Made by a program: the position numbers and the translations under genes. Shown here piece by piece: positions 49,741 to 61,599 of a stretch of 64,000 bases of DNA. The stretch's first letter is position 1. Every line of letters starts with the position of its first letter. Below the pieces are notes generated by a model. It had not been told where the DNA came from, did not search any database, and worked only from the letters and a program-made list of their open reading frames with translations. Source of the stretch: Phyllobates terribilis (lineage: Eukaryota); the NCBI RefSeq assembly GCF_046119375.1, contig NW_027365966.1, forward strand, positions 1 to 64,000, read 5' to 3'.

Positions 49741-51181
49741 TGCTGAGATAACTCCTAAAAAACAAATTGATGATGATGACTTGAAGTGTGTGCCACAATT
49801 GTCTGCTTTCAAAAAATTATCTTTTAACGACAGGGCAATTGATGTTAAGAGTAGATTCACTGATAGGAGAGAGGAGTATTCTCATGGATTTATGATCCAC
49901 TTAAAGATGAAAGGTATGACTATAACTAAGAAGATATCAATTTTACTTGATTTATTTAATTATCTTTTGTTGTTTTAAAATATGCACCTCCACCCCAGTT
50001 AGAAGTGCATTTATAATACAACTTTATTGCATGATAAGTGCACTTCTAAAAATAGTGTTCGTGTGTACTTACATGTGGTTGGGGGAGCACACTTCTATAA
50101 TATTAACAGAGCACTCTATATTTCGCTGGATTTTCTATTTCCATTACACTTGTTTGTTTTTCTGTGTAAAATTGCAATGAACTGTTACATCATGTTGCAT
50201 GTTCACTTATATGGGATAAAGTAGTGCACTCCAATAAAAAAATATTTAAAGTGAACTTGAATGTACAATACATGTGCACCTTTTATTTTTTACTAAATTA
50301 TTTTACTATTATTTCAAACATGGAGAGGGTTTGCGACATCCAAGACCATCGTCTTGATCGGAAGGCATTTCAGACACTTGACATAAACACTTATGTAGTT
50401 GATGATATCTTAACTGTTTGTGCTAGGTTGATGAATAATAATGACTTTTTCAAGAGTGTTGATTCTCCATCAAATTTTTTTTGCCTAATATTACCCTCGG
50501 TGAGTGTTTTGTTTTTGTTTACTTTGTTTTACTTGGTATTTATTCTTTTGTTTCAATTTAATTTAAAATAGTGTTTTTTAAATTTCAGATTGTATCAATG
50601 TTTGAAAGAAATGCAAACGAGAATACAAGGAAGCAATGGTTTGTGGAAGGGATTCTAAATGAGATGTCCAATTGTCAGTGGTTGAAGCCAAATATAATAG
50701 AACTTGTACGATCTTTTTTATATTCAATTTTTTAATGTTTTAATAGATTTGAATGTTTTACACTACTAAAGTGTCTTATTCTTCTTCCTGTTTACAATTA
50801 ATGTTCCCGTGCTACATAGATATACACTACTCCATTGTAGAATTTATTGTAAAATTCTACAGAATTGATATTCTTGATAGTAATCATGATGGGACAATGA
50901 AGAAGTATGGGGATATATACCTTATGAGCTAATTAGTTTTTTTATGTTTTCTCTATATTTCAATTTTCTTTTACTAGTTTTTTTGCATATTTTAATGATA
51001 ATTAAAATATATTTTATTCAAATACACTGCTAAAATATATTATGGGAGTGCACTTGTAAAAAAATAAATAGCACTGCACCTCCATGCAGTCTCGGAGTGT
51101 ACTTTTTTAATAACTTAGTGCACATTATTTGCAAAAATAATGTGCACTAAGTTATTAAACAAAAACCATTGAGCTTTTTTA

Positions 51182-51650
51182 TTTTAGCTCGAAGTGCACT
51201 CTGTTCAGAGGGTTCAGTGCACTTCTCATTTATCTCAAAGTGCACTCCTCACTTAGAATGAAGTGTACTATCTATATTTTACAGAGTGTCTTCTACACTT
51301 TAGAAAATTGTAAAATTTATACTTCCTGAAATTACACTTCTGATTTTAGCTCGAAGTGCACTCTGTTTAGAGGGTTCAGTGCACTTCTCGTTTATCTCGA
51401 AGTGCACTCCTGCCTTAGAAATGAAGTGCACTATCTATATTTTACAGAGTGTGGTTCTGCACTTTACAAATGGTAAAACTTATACTTCCTGAAATTGGAC
51501 TTCTGATTTTAGCTCGAAATGCACTCTGTTTAGAGGGTTCAGTGCACTTCTCGTTTCTCTCAAAGTGCACTCCTATCTTAGAAATGAAGTGCACTATCTA
51601 CATTTTATAGAGTGTGGTTCTACACTTTAGCTCGAAGTGCACTCCTAAAT
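51182..51650 (+). repeat. Second array of the same ~163-bp GTGCAC-rich unit
   Basis: Unit starts at 51182, 51344 and 51507, then a truncated copy; same consensus as 37984-38880. Confidence 0.9.
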
Positions 51651-53126
51651 TAAATAGCAGTGCAATTGTAAATTAAAATAGCAGTGCACTTCCACGTAGT
51701 CTGAGAGTGCAATTTTTTAATAACTTAGTGCACATTCTTTTTTTTGGCAACACACTTAATTTTACTGCCGATGTTTGCTCAGATTCTATTAGATGCATGA
51801 AATTATTATATGTATTGATTAAATTTATTTTTTCAGAAAAAATGTTTATCCACTTTTTGGAAGTTCACAAATTATTTTCAAAAGCTGCATATATTGAACA
51901 AAGAGAACCTGAACGCCTGGCAATGCACTAGAGGAATTCAAGAAAAAAACGAGACTGTGGAATTTATGTAATGATGTATATGGAAACATACATGAGAAAC
52001 AGACTTTCTAGTTTCTTCACGGATCTCAATAAGAATAACAAGTCCGAGATGAACACAATTCGAGTGAAGTATACTTATGCTATTCTCAGATATATTGAAA
52101 ACAGACTTGTAGATCATGTGATATTATCGTCCAAAAGGCAAAGGAATATCGCATTTTCATGGAAGCAAAGGGTGAAAGAAGCTGAGGAATTTGCAAGAAA
52201 AGGAAACAATGAGGTAGGGCTTGAAAGACTGAGAAAGAAGATAAATGATCGACAAGAAGAAGACTAGGAAAGAATAGTTTGATTTCATTTGATGTTAGAC
52301 ATTTGACAAAAAAGTTACTGCATATGTAAATATAGTTAGTTTTTTATTGACATAGTTGTTTTGAATTACGTTGTTTTTGGGACTAAACTTGGTGTTTTAT
52401 ATAAAAGTAGGCCACTTCCTTAAAAGTGAAGTGCACACCATCTCATAATATAGTGCACTTACTTGTATTTATGAAAAGCACTACTACATGTGTAGTCGTG
52501 CACTTCATATTTTCTTGTGTTTTAAAACCCCAATTTATGATGTGTTTAAAAGCAAGAAGAGTCCTTTTGAAATACATTGTATATATATTTTTTTCGTTTC
52601 TGCATTTGTTGTATTTGAATAAAGGTTGCAACACATAAGTGGAATATTTGAATAAGAAACCACACTATCCAAATGTTTTACCAATCCAAAAAAAGGAATT
52701 AAAAATAAACAAACACTATACATATTAAAAAAGTACACTTGAAACGAATGGATAACAACATTCTGATGTAGGGTATTAAGAAGTGCACTCTATTCAATGT
52801 CATTAACCGTTAAATATTAAATATAAGTGAAGTTGTTCTATCTTTTGAATAGTTGACTTGAAAGGACACACATCTAATAGTAAACTCACAATACGGGTTT
52901 GGTAAATCAAGATCTTGGAAAATGGTCGTATTTACTTTATGGATATTTCCCATAACCATTCAGCTTTAAGCACATATGAAAAAACCGAGCCATAACTTTC
53001 ATTGAATAGCACATTTGACCACAAACTCATCAACTATATCCTTCTAATATAAATAACACAACTAACCACTTATCTACTAAGTCCATCTACTATCATTTCC
53101 ATAATTTGTTTTTTTTACCAAAAACC

Positions 53127-53600
53127 ATGTCTAAAAATGTAAGAGTGATTTGCTTGATTTCCACATATGCATGCACCGAAAATTCCAGTTTTGACCTCAG
53201 TTGTGAATGCTTTCAGTGCAAAAATAAGATCTTAGAATTGTCAAAAAATCCAACCAAAAACACTACAAAAAATACACTCCAGCCAAAAACACTCCTGGGG
53301 GCAGCAGAAGTCCCGGAATCATTAGTAATCAAAGATACTGCTGCAACTATTGAAGAAGCTGAAAACTACCCACATAACAGGGGAAAGGTTTCATCATTCC
53401 AAATATTTATGTGCATGTGTCCTTTCTCCAATTATTTCTATCTTTTTTCTGTGCATGTGTCTTTTAGTTTTTGTGCAGTTAGTTATGTTTTTGTGTCCAA
53501 ATATTTTCAGCTATGTAGTTGCCTCAAAGAAGGAAGTGGTCATGGAGGTTACTGACCAACTACCTCTTGAGGTTAAAAAAACAAATTTGTAGTGAGAATA
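53127..53600 (+). pseudogene. Accessory gene X1 of unknown function (paralogue of the B3 gene N-terminus)
   Basis: ATG 53127: MSKNVRVICLIST...CECFQCKNKILELSKNPTKNTT...AAEVPESL, aligning with 55902-56170. Followed by a GT-AG intron and a second exon (~53511) with no recognisable B3 domain. Confidence 0.55.
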
Positions 53601-55901
53601 TAAGCCTTATGGAGGACCCGTATGAGTATCAAAATATTATGGAGTAAACCACGATGACTACATGACCTGGGATCCCAGTATGATGATTTAGACTAGATAT
53701 ACTTGTGGTTATATGATGTGGCATGGTGCTTGAGAAACTGAGTTGTATTGTAGTTTAGTAGATATAGTTAGTTTAACTCTTATTTTGTGGTTTTAGATGG
53801 AACTGTAATGAATATGGTAAGATGTGCATCTAGCTATGTAAAAAATATGCATGTGTTTCAAATTATCACCTTGACATTTATGGGTAATCATATTTTGGCC
53901 TCGTCTTAAAAAGTGAAGTACACTTCATTGTCTTTGGGGAGTGCACCATCTCGTAGTGTAGTGCACTTCATTGTCTTTGGGGAGTGCACTACTATATGTG
54001 TAGTCGTGCACTTCATATTTGATTGAAAGGTGAGGTTCACTCCCTCACAAAAAAGATGCATTTCAACAAAATGGAAACAAGATGCATTTCGACAAAATGG
54101 AAACAAAGTACACCCCAGAGTGCACTATTTAGGTTATTGACAGTGCATAAAATAACATTATAAAACATAAAAATGTCATTAATTAAAAACTACATCTTAG
54201 TTTTTTTTGAAATACGTTGAAGTATGGTAAAGCCAATATTGTGGGAAGTTTCTAACATCCCACAGTAGTGCATACAAACTTTTCTCTTAAAGTGTCAGTT
54301 GCTTTAAACGAAACCTTTCATACCTTTTGTCAAACTGTTATTTAAGAAAACATTTTGTTAGCACAATACAAAACATAAAATAAAAAATTTTCACCGATAA
54401 TTAAAAAAGTCCACTATGATAGAAAAAACTATTAGATTAGATAAATCAGTAATAATATCCTCACAACAATCATTGAGTTCCATTGTTGGTCACTTTCATT
54501 GATTTCCCGTGTTTCGGGATTTAATGTTATATCACTCACAAGAAATTGTCAGGTGTTGAAATCTTCTTTCATGCGATTGTAGTGACTCCTTAGATAATAT
54601 TTACTAAAAAAATCTCAAATCGCGTGGTAAAAAGGTAGCCCTAAGAATATACCAATTCTTCTTACTATACTTTCCATAGCGCTCTTGATATGAAACACAA
54701 ATATTAAATAATGTCAAACCATCTTCTCGCATGAAAGGGGTCATCCTTCATAAAAATAGTATAAAAGAAGAAATTATTAATCATTCAAAGATGCAGTAAA
54801 TATAATAAAAAAATATAGAAAAATGGTCCATCCTCAATAGACTAGTAGTGCACTTATAAGTGCAAAGGTAGTGCACTTCTCAGTGCATAGGTAGTGCACT
54901 TCTCATATGACTGTTAGTTCACTTCTCATAGAACTGGTAGATCACTTCTCAGTACCCTGTTAGTAGTGCACTTAACACCGAACTGGTAGTTCACTTCTCA
55001 GTACACCGGTAGTGCACTACGTAGTGCACTCCAAAAAGAAACACTTGTTACTTTATTGTTATATTTATTTTATACTTAAAGTATCCTATCTTTTCTAAAA
55101 TTAGTACTACATGTTTGAAAACAAAAGTATAATTGATCGATACACATACCTCTTGAATTGAAAAAAAACTTTGTTTTTAATAGTAGAATGAAAGTTGAAT
55201 GAAAAGTATGTTGGTGTTTTTTTCTTAAAATGGATAGAACCCCCTTTTATAACGTGTTTAAAAGTAAGAAGAGTCGTTTGAAATTTACTATAAATGTATA
55301 TATGCTTTTTTGTTTCTGCATTTGTTTGTAACTGAACCAAAGCTGCAAACATATAAGTAGTATCATTGAATAAGAAACCACATTATTCAATATTTGACTA
55401 CTCAAAAAAGCATTAAAAATGAACTAAACGGTGTACTGTAGTGCACTTTGTTCAATGTTTCACTATGTATGGGTTAGGTAAACGAAAAAGGATAAGAGCA
55501 CTTCTGATTTATTAAGGAGTGCATTGTAGTGTTATATTTTTTCCAATAGTAGTTGACTTGAAAACACACTGAAGGGCACTTGTAACGAAAAAATAGAGAA
55601 AACACTTCTGATGTACTGTAAAAAAAAAAGCAATGCACTTTGTTCAATGTTTCACCATGTATGGGTTAGGTAAAATCAGATACTATTAGAATGGGCATAA
55701 TTTTTTTTTGTAGATTCCCCATAAACCAACCCTCCTTAACTATTTCAGCCTTATGTCAAATCTGAAACAGAGCCATAATTTTTCATTGAATACCACATTT
55801 GACCATAATTCATATACTATATCCTTCTAATATAAAAAACACAACTCACCCCTAGATATAATACATCAATTTACTATCATTTTTACTAAATCTACCAAAC
55901 C

Positions 55902-56537
55902 ATGTCAAAAAGAGTGATTTGCTTGAGTTCCACAGATGACTCCTCGAGTACTTACTACAACACTGATTCTAGTTCTAACCGTAGTTGTGAATACAATGAG
56001 TGCAAAAGTCAGATAGTGGAATTGATAAAAACTCCAACCAAAAACACTACAAATAAAACATTCCAAATAAAAATATTCCTGGAAGCAGCAGAACTCCCAG
56101 AATTATTAGTAATCAAGATACTGCTACAACTATCGAAAGAGCTGAAAACTACCCACATAAGAGGGAAAAAAGTTTCATAATTGTCATGCATAAATCCTCT
56201 GTTCAAGGAGATTGTTGTCTAGTAAGTTTTAATCTATTGTCTTGTTTTATACATAAGTAAAAAACTATTGAATATAGTATTGTTTTATTTTTAAGAAATA
56301 CCACACAAACATGCAGATAAGTACTTGAAAGACTTCAAAAACAATGAGATTGCCCTCTACAGTGGAAACAAATCTTGGGGTATAGTAGTCAAACACAATC
56401 AGGATACATACAGACTAGGGAAAGGGTGGAGGTCCTTTGTTCAAGATAATGAACTACGCGTGAATGATGTTTGTTTATTTCAGCTAATGACTATTGAATT
56501 TGGTGTTGTGTATGATGTGAAAATTTTCAGGGCTTAG
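55902..56537 (+). CDS. MULE-borne B3 DNA-binding-domain gene (2 exons; needs one single-A correction to be in frame)
   Basis: Exon 2 (56296-56537): IPHKHADKYL...EIALYSGNKSWGIVV...YRLGKGWRSFVQDNELRVNDVCLFQL...VKIFR, the REM/VRN1-type B3 pattern (IP..F/H...L...W.V...GW..FV.DN.L...DVC.F). Exon 1 runs from ATG 55902 to a donor at 56109 or ~56171. Confidence 0.7.
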
Positions 56538-57259
56538 TGGTTTGATTTGTTTGTTGTGATTCTCTAAGTTTGTGTTGTGGTGTTCTTATTTTAAGTTAGT
56601 ATGTCATTTGTTGTGCTTCCGAACTACTAATTTTATGGGTTAAGTATATGTTTTTTTACATAATTACACTAGTGTGCACCTTGAGTTGAATGAAAAGTGC
56701 ACTTTTACGCTGATGGGTGGTGCACTCCGCAATAAAAATGATAATTAGGAATGGAATTAATTGTAAAATAGTGTGCTCATCCGAGAAATGATAGTGCACT
56801 ATAAAAAATTAATACTTGAGAGAACTGTGAATTTTATATAGACAGTGCAAAATTCAAATAAAATGTTAGTGCATTACTCTTTGAAGACTAGTGCACTTAT
56901 CACATAAAATGGTAGTGCACTAAATCATTGATGGTAGTGCACTTCTCATGCATGATGGTGCACTTAATGGTGAAAAGTTAGTGAATTGTCCTTTTAATAC
57001 ACAAATAATGCACTTCTAAATGAAGAATGTTGCACTAACGAATATGAGTCAACTTATATGTTTTTACACAATCTTTAAAAAATAACTATGGTGTTGTGTT
57101 GTTCTTCATAAGCTAATATTCGAGTTTGGAAATATCAATACTTTCATTTCTTAACTAGAAATGTAAATGATGTTCTCTAACAAATATGAGTCAACCTTTT
57201 TTTAACATAATTAAACTATAAAAGATAACTATGGTGTTGTGTTGTTCTTCATAAGCTCC

Positions 57260-60045
57260 TTGTAGGTTCTGATGTTATGTCCTTTTTCTCAACATTTAGT
57301 GCACACTCTAACTTGTTTCTTCTCCTTCTTCATTGCTTCCTCTTTCCCACCAATATAACGCTGCCTAGACCCTTTGATTTGTGCTTGCTTCAAAGGATTT
57401 ATTGTTATTCCGGACGGAGCTTTTCCAACAAACCTCTCAAACCTTCTTTCACATGAACATGTGCTACCGGATGTTTTATTTTTTGCTTAAATAGGATAAT
57501 TTGTACTCTCTGATCACTCCCAACAAATAGGACATTCCATTAGTATTGTTCTCTACAACACTATTTAAAGTGTGAAATTCTGACACCAGTTGGAGCAAGA
57601 GCATCTTTCTCTCATCATTTGTGCACACTCTTCATATAAAGAACCATCTATTTCAATAATAGACTTCAACGTTACATCCTTGTCCATATCGGGTTGATGA
57701 ATTACTTGGTAGAGTGTCAATTCCCATACTCTTCATTACTACAAACATGTGCCGGCAAGGGAGACCAGTCTTTCTAGACTTGTTGCAAGAACATATTATA
57801 TCATTGTTAGAGAGCACAACTTTTATAAAATATATCATGTCCCTACTGCCTCTGATCTTGTACAAGTTAAACTCGTTATCCTTTGTTATATCATCAATCG
57901 AACAAGAGAAAATAAATGCGTAAATTTCAGTTTACAACTCCATGAAAATGCTTATAGTGTAAATTGATGCACAATGCTTCTCCATTTTCAACGGTGTCTT
58001 TATCACTGGGTTACATGTGGCTGAATAAAATATAAGTTTTTGTTGCGTGTGCCGCTGTGAATTGATCCCATTGTTGAACATATTCATAACCCTACTAGGT
58101 TCGATCCAGTACCTATAAAATTGTTGAAGAAACTATTTTGACTCTCTAACCTTGATTTTGTTCGAAGCAAGCCACCCATTTTCACATCGTTGAAAAATGA
58201 AGCTATCCAGTAATGTCTAAGGTCAAAAAGATTCTTGAACCATTGTTTGTCCTCCAAACCAACCTCTTTCATTATTGCTAACCATTCTCGCACAAATTGT
58301 TCTCTTGCCAACTCATCATTCCACACAACGTTGTTGAATTTCTTCCTGAAGTCATCATTGTTAGCTATATCTGCATCAACCTTATTTGGTACTTTCATCA
58401 TTATGTGCCACATACAGAAACTGTGAACGCAAGTTGTGAACACTCTTTCAACTACAACTTTGACAGCCGGATCTTGGTCTGTTAGAATGATGTTAGGTTC
58501 ATGTCCCATTGCCTTCTTGAAGTTTGAGAACAACCATGTATAAAAATCCTCATTCTCTTTTAACATCAAGCCTGCAACAAATGTGATTGATTTCTTGTGG
58601 TTGTCTACACCACTGAAAGGGACAAACACCATTTGGTAGTTGAAAAAAAAATTATATTTCTACTTTAGCTTGCTTCAACTATACTTACATTCACATATCA
58701 GTATCACTATCAAAAAAATTGCACTAAATCAGTAAGTTTTGAGTGCACTCCAATTACTTTTGAATGACATCAAGTGCACCTTATAGTAGTTAAAAATTAA
58801 ACCTCAATATACAGTGCACTTTCTATGTCATATGAGTGAACTTTCAAAAGCATTACAAGTGCACTGGCCTTAAAAGTTGAATTTCAAACTTCAGACGAGA
58901 GAGACATGAAGGTGTGCATGTAAAAAAATCTACAAGTTCTATATAAAAAAGTGCATTTTACAAAAACAATAGAGTGCACTACAAATAGGAAAGAAAGTGC
59001 ACTCCACCTAGAAAAAAAGCAGTGCACTACCCAATGATCAAAGAGTATACTGTACATGAATTAGAGGGTTCACTTGTTGAAATGTGCACTCTTTAACAAC
59101 TGTGAAGTACACATAGATAAGTAAACTTAGTGCATTCAGTATCAGATGACAGTGAAGTTCATTTATTTTACACTATTGTTTTTAGTTGAAATATTTTGAT
59201 ATTTTCCTTTTGTTTCCATTAAATATTGATAGATGCGTATTAGGATAGCTTAGCACATGTTTTGTTGTAAATTGAATCATTTGAAACCACATCTCCAAAG
59301 AAGTTGAACCTCTTTCTACTTATCGGTTCCGCCGAGAATAGAGAGCATAAATCATCATCACTGTCGGCTTCATAATCGAAATAAAACCCTCTGAAAATAT
59401 CTTGTTTTTTCTTGAATTTGTCTATTGTTATTGGGCGTCAGCTCCTTCAACATAGGCTTGTAATCCCCTTTTAAAATTCCTAAAATCAAGTATTGTTGCG
59501 CCAACATTGTTGTAGCTCCCTGCAAACTCTTTGTATAACTTGTAGCTCTTTGATACACCCACATTTGCATGAGTACAATTCGTGATAAAATCTTCACAGT
59601 ACGTGTCAGCATCAGTGAGGCGTAATTGAATCTTAGCTATGCATCCACATCTATTTATTATTCTTCTACGTTTGATTTTCTTATTCTTCCTATTCAATGT
59701 TATTCCTTTAAGTGTTGGTGTGCCTTGTGAGCTAGTAGTTGCACTGACTGACTCCTTATTTGAATTACTCATAGCACATGCCCTATTACAAACAATATAT
59801 TTCACATTAACAACACCATCTCTCAACTTCCTCATTGTACTGTGTCGTACTCCAAACTCACATGTATCGGCGTATTTTGTGTAGAATGTAGATGCATCTT
59901 ATATGATCTTAAAGATTTGTCCTATAAAAGGCACAAGTTCTGGTTCACAAGAAGGCTTGTAAAATCCTACTGTACTTGGAGATTCAATTGTTCTAGAGCT
60001 TTCACCAACTTCAGGAGAGACAAAATTTGTATCACAGTAATTCAA
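57260..60045 (-). pseudogene. FAR1/FHY3-type MULE transposase (FAR1 DNA-binding, MULE, SWIM, C-terminal CCHC), disrupted
   Basis: P.IGQ.F...A.TFY..YA...F.VR; YIVCNR...RCGC.AKI; MVFVPFSGVDNHKKSITF.AGL..KE...Y.WLF..F.KAMG..P..ILTDQD.A...V..VF...H.FCMWHIM.K; RT.SR.ESQN.FF; CSC.....G.PCRHMF; RVC...EKGHN.RT. Confidence 0.92.
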
Positions 60046-60079
60046 ATGTCAGTTGTACAATATATCTTATCAAAAATGA

Positions 60080-60900
60080 AGTGCACTTTCTAAGATCCTT
60101 AAGGTACACCATGAGTTGAAATGGAAAAGTGCACTTTCTCCGCTAACAGGTAGTCCACTCTAAAAAAAGAAATGATAAATAGAGATGCATTAATTGTAAA
60201 GTAGTGCACTACTCAGTTGAATGATAGTGCACTTGTCAGCTAAAACTAGTGCACAGTGCAATACGCAAAAATGGAATGACAATACACTTCTCATAAAAAA
60301 TTAGTGCATTACTAAGTTGAATGATAGTGCACTTATCAAATGAATGGTGGTCCACTTTTCATTAAAGAGAAGTGCAATACGCAAATGGAATGACAATACA
60401 CTCCTCATTAAAAAGATTTGTGCACTACTCAGTTGAATGATAGTGCACTTATCAAATGATTGATAATGCACTTTTCCATTTCAACTCAGAAGTGCAATTT
60501 CAGAAAGTATAAGTGCACTACTCAATTGAATGATAGTGCACTTGTCAGCTGAAACTAGTGCACTTCTCATTGAAAAGAGAAGTGCAATACACAAAAATGA
60601 AATGACAATACCCTTCTCATTAAAGATTAGTGCATTACTCAGTTGAATGATAGTGCACTTATCAAATGAATGGTAGTGCACTTTTCATTGAGGAGAGGTG
60701 CAATACGCAAATAGAATGACAGTACACTCCTCATTAAAAAGATTAGTGCACTACTCAGTTGAATGATAGTGGACTTATAAAATGAATGATAGTGCACTTT
60801 TCATTAAAGAGAAGTGCAATACGCAATGGAATGACAGTACACTCCTCATTAAAAGATTAGTACACTTCTCCGTGCAATGATAGTGCATTTCTCATTGAAG
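60080..60900. repeat. Irregular tandem array of GTTGAATGATAGTGCACT / AGTGCAATAC / ATTAGTGCA modules upstream of the transposase
   Basis: Repeated CTCAGTTGAATGATAGTGCACTT, GAAGTGCAATAC and GAATGACA(A/G)TACACT modules. Confidence 0.85.
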
Positions 60901-61599
60901 AGTAGTACACTATCATGAAGATAAAACAATTAGACTCGAAAGTGACAAAAGCAGAATGCAAAAATCAAATTGCAGTTACACACGAAACAAAATGTACATT
61001 TGTCTCATTGATGAGGACATTTAAAATGAGTAATGTTGTATAAATCGAAGAATTCATTGAATTGTAAAACGTTGTTTCAAAACAAGTAAAAAAAATGAAT
61101 TCATACTTGTGGATACCCTAGATTTCTCCGCAAAATGTCTTCTTCTACAAAAATATTTTGTTAAAAATGATGTTTATGAATACGCTTTTGTCTCTTGATA
61201 TCAATTCGACTTTGTCGTATTTTCAAAAAAAAATTCGATGTATGAAGCACTTGGAGATAGAAACAACATTTAGCGCGCAACTGAAAATAATGTATTGAAG
61301 ATGATGAATGAAACCACGCGCCTCGTGTTTGATTTTATTGATTATTTTCTCGGGTTTTAAATGGACTGTCTGATCAAAATGAATCTAAGAGCTATGATGA
61401 GTCCGCACATTCGCACAGTTGGGAGGGTCCTCACTGGAAACTTGTTCTTCTTATATAATATTTCCTAAACTTAAATATAGGGATAAAATTAAAAATTAAT
61501 TTAAGATTATCAAAATTTCAGACTTCTTAAATAAGTTGGATCCTCAAATTTTAGCATAATAGTAGGTAATAGTTTTATTTTTGATAATTATAGGCATAA

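Larger units (their letters stand above)
40933..49753 (+). mobile_element. Ty1/copia Sirevirus (SIRE/Maximus lineage) with env-like ORF; degenerate; 3' LTR absent
   Basis: 5' LTR ~40933-41721, PBS, gag with two zinc knuckles, protease, integrase, RT, RNase H in copia order, a long spacer, an env-like ORF and multiple polypurine tracts. No second LTR copy found. The right boundary (49705-49753) is approximate. Confidence 0.85.
37565..52267 (+). pseudogene. MULE-borne Ulp1 (peptidase C48) gene, multi-exon, disrupted and split by the Sirevirus
   Basis: N-terminal FNEAQKQVVRNMGFEQL...LVGKFDA (~39310-39430), typical of these TE genes; SWIYDPLKDE (~49880-49915); DRKAFQTLD.NTYV.DDILTVCARLMN; FPCYIDIHY...RIDILDS...KYG (50804-50910); MH*RN....DCGIYVMMYMETY (51923-51990). 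Confidence 0.8.
36988..61447. mobile_element. Large multi-gene MULE (KAONASHI/VANDAL-like): Ulp1 gene (+), two paralogous accessory genes incl. B3 (+), FAR1-type transposase (-); contains a Sirevirus insertion
   Basis: Degenerate TIRs share GTGAGGAC and GATTCATTTTGAT in inverted orientation. TSD TTTTTATATA (36978-36987) / TTCTTATATA (61448-61457), 9/10 match. GTGCAC motifs are dense throughout the element outside the copia insert. Confidence 0.75.

Noticed and set aside
49643-49753. TG after CAAGAGGGGG as the start of the Sirevirus 3' LTR
   Set aside because: The following sequence does not match the 5' LTR and soon reads as a Ulp1-gene exon (SWIYDPLKDE).
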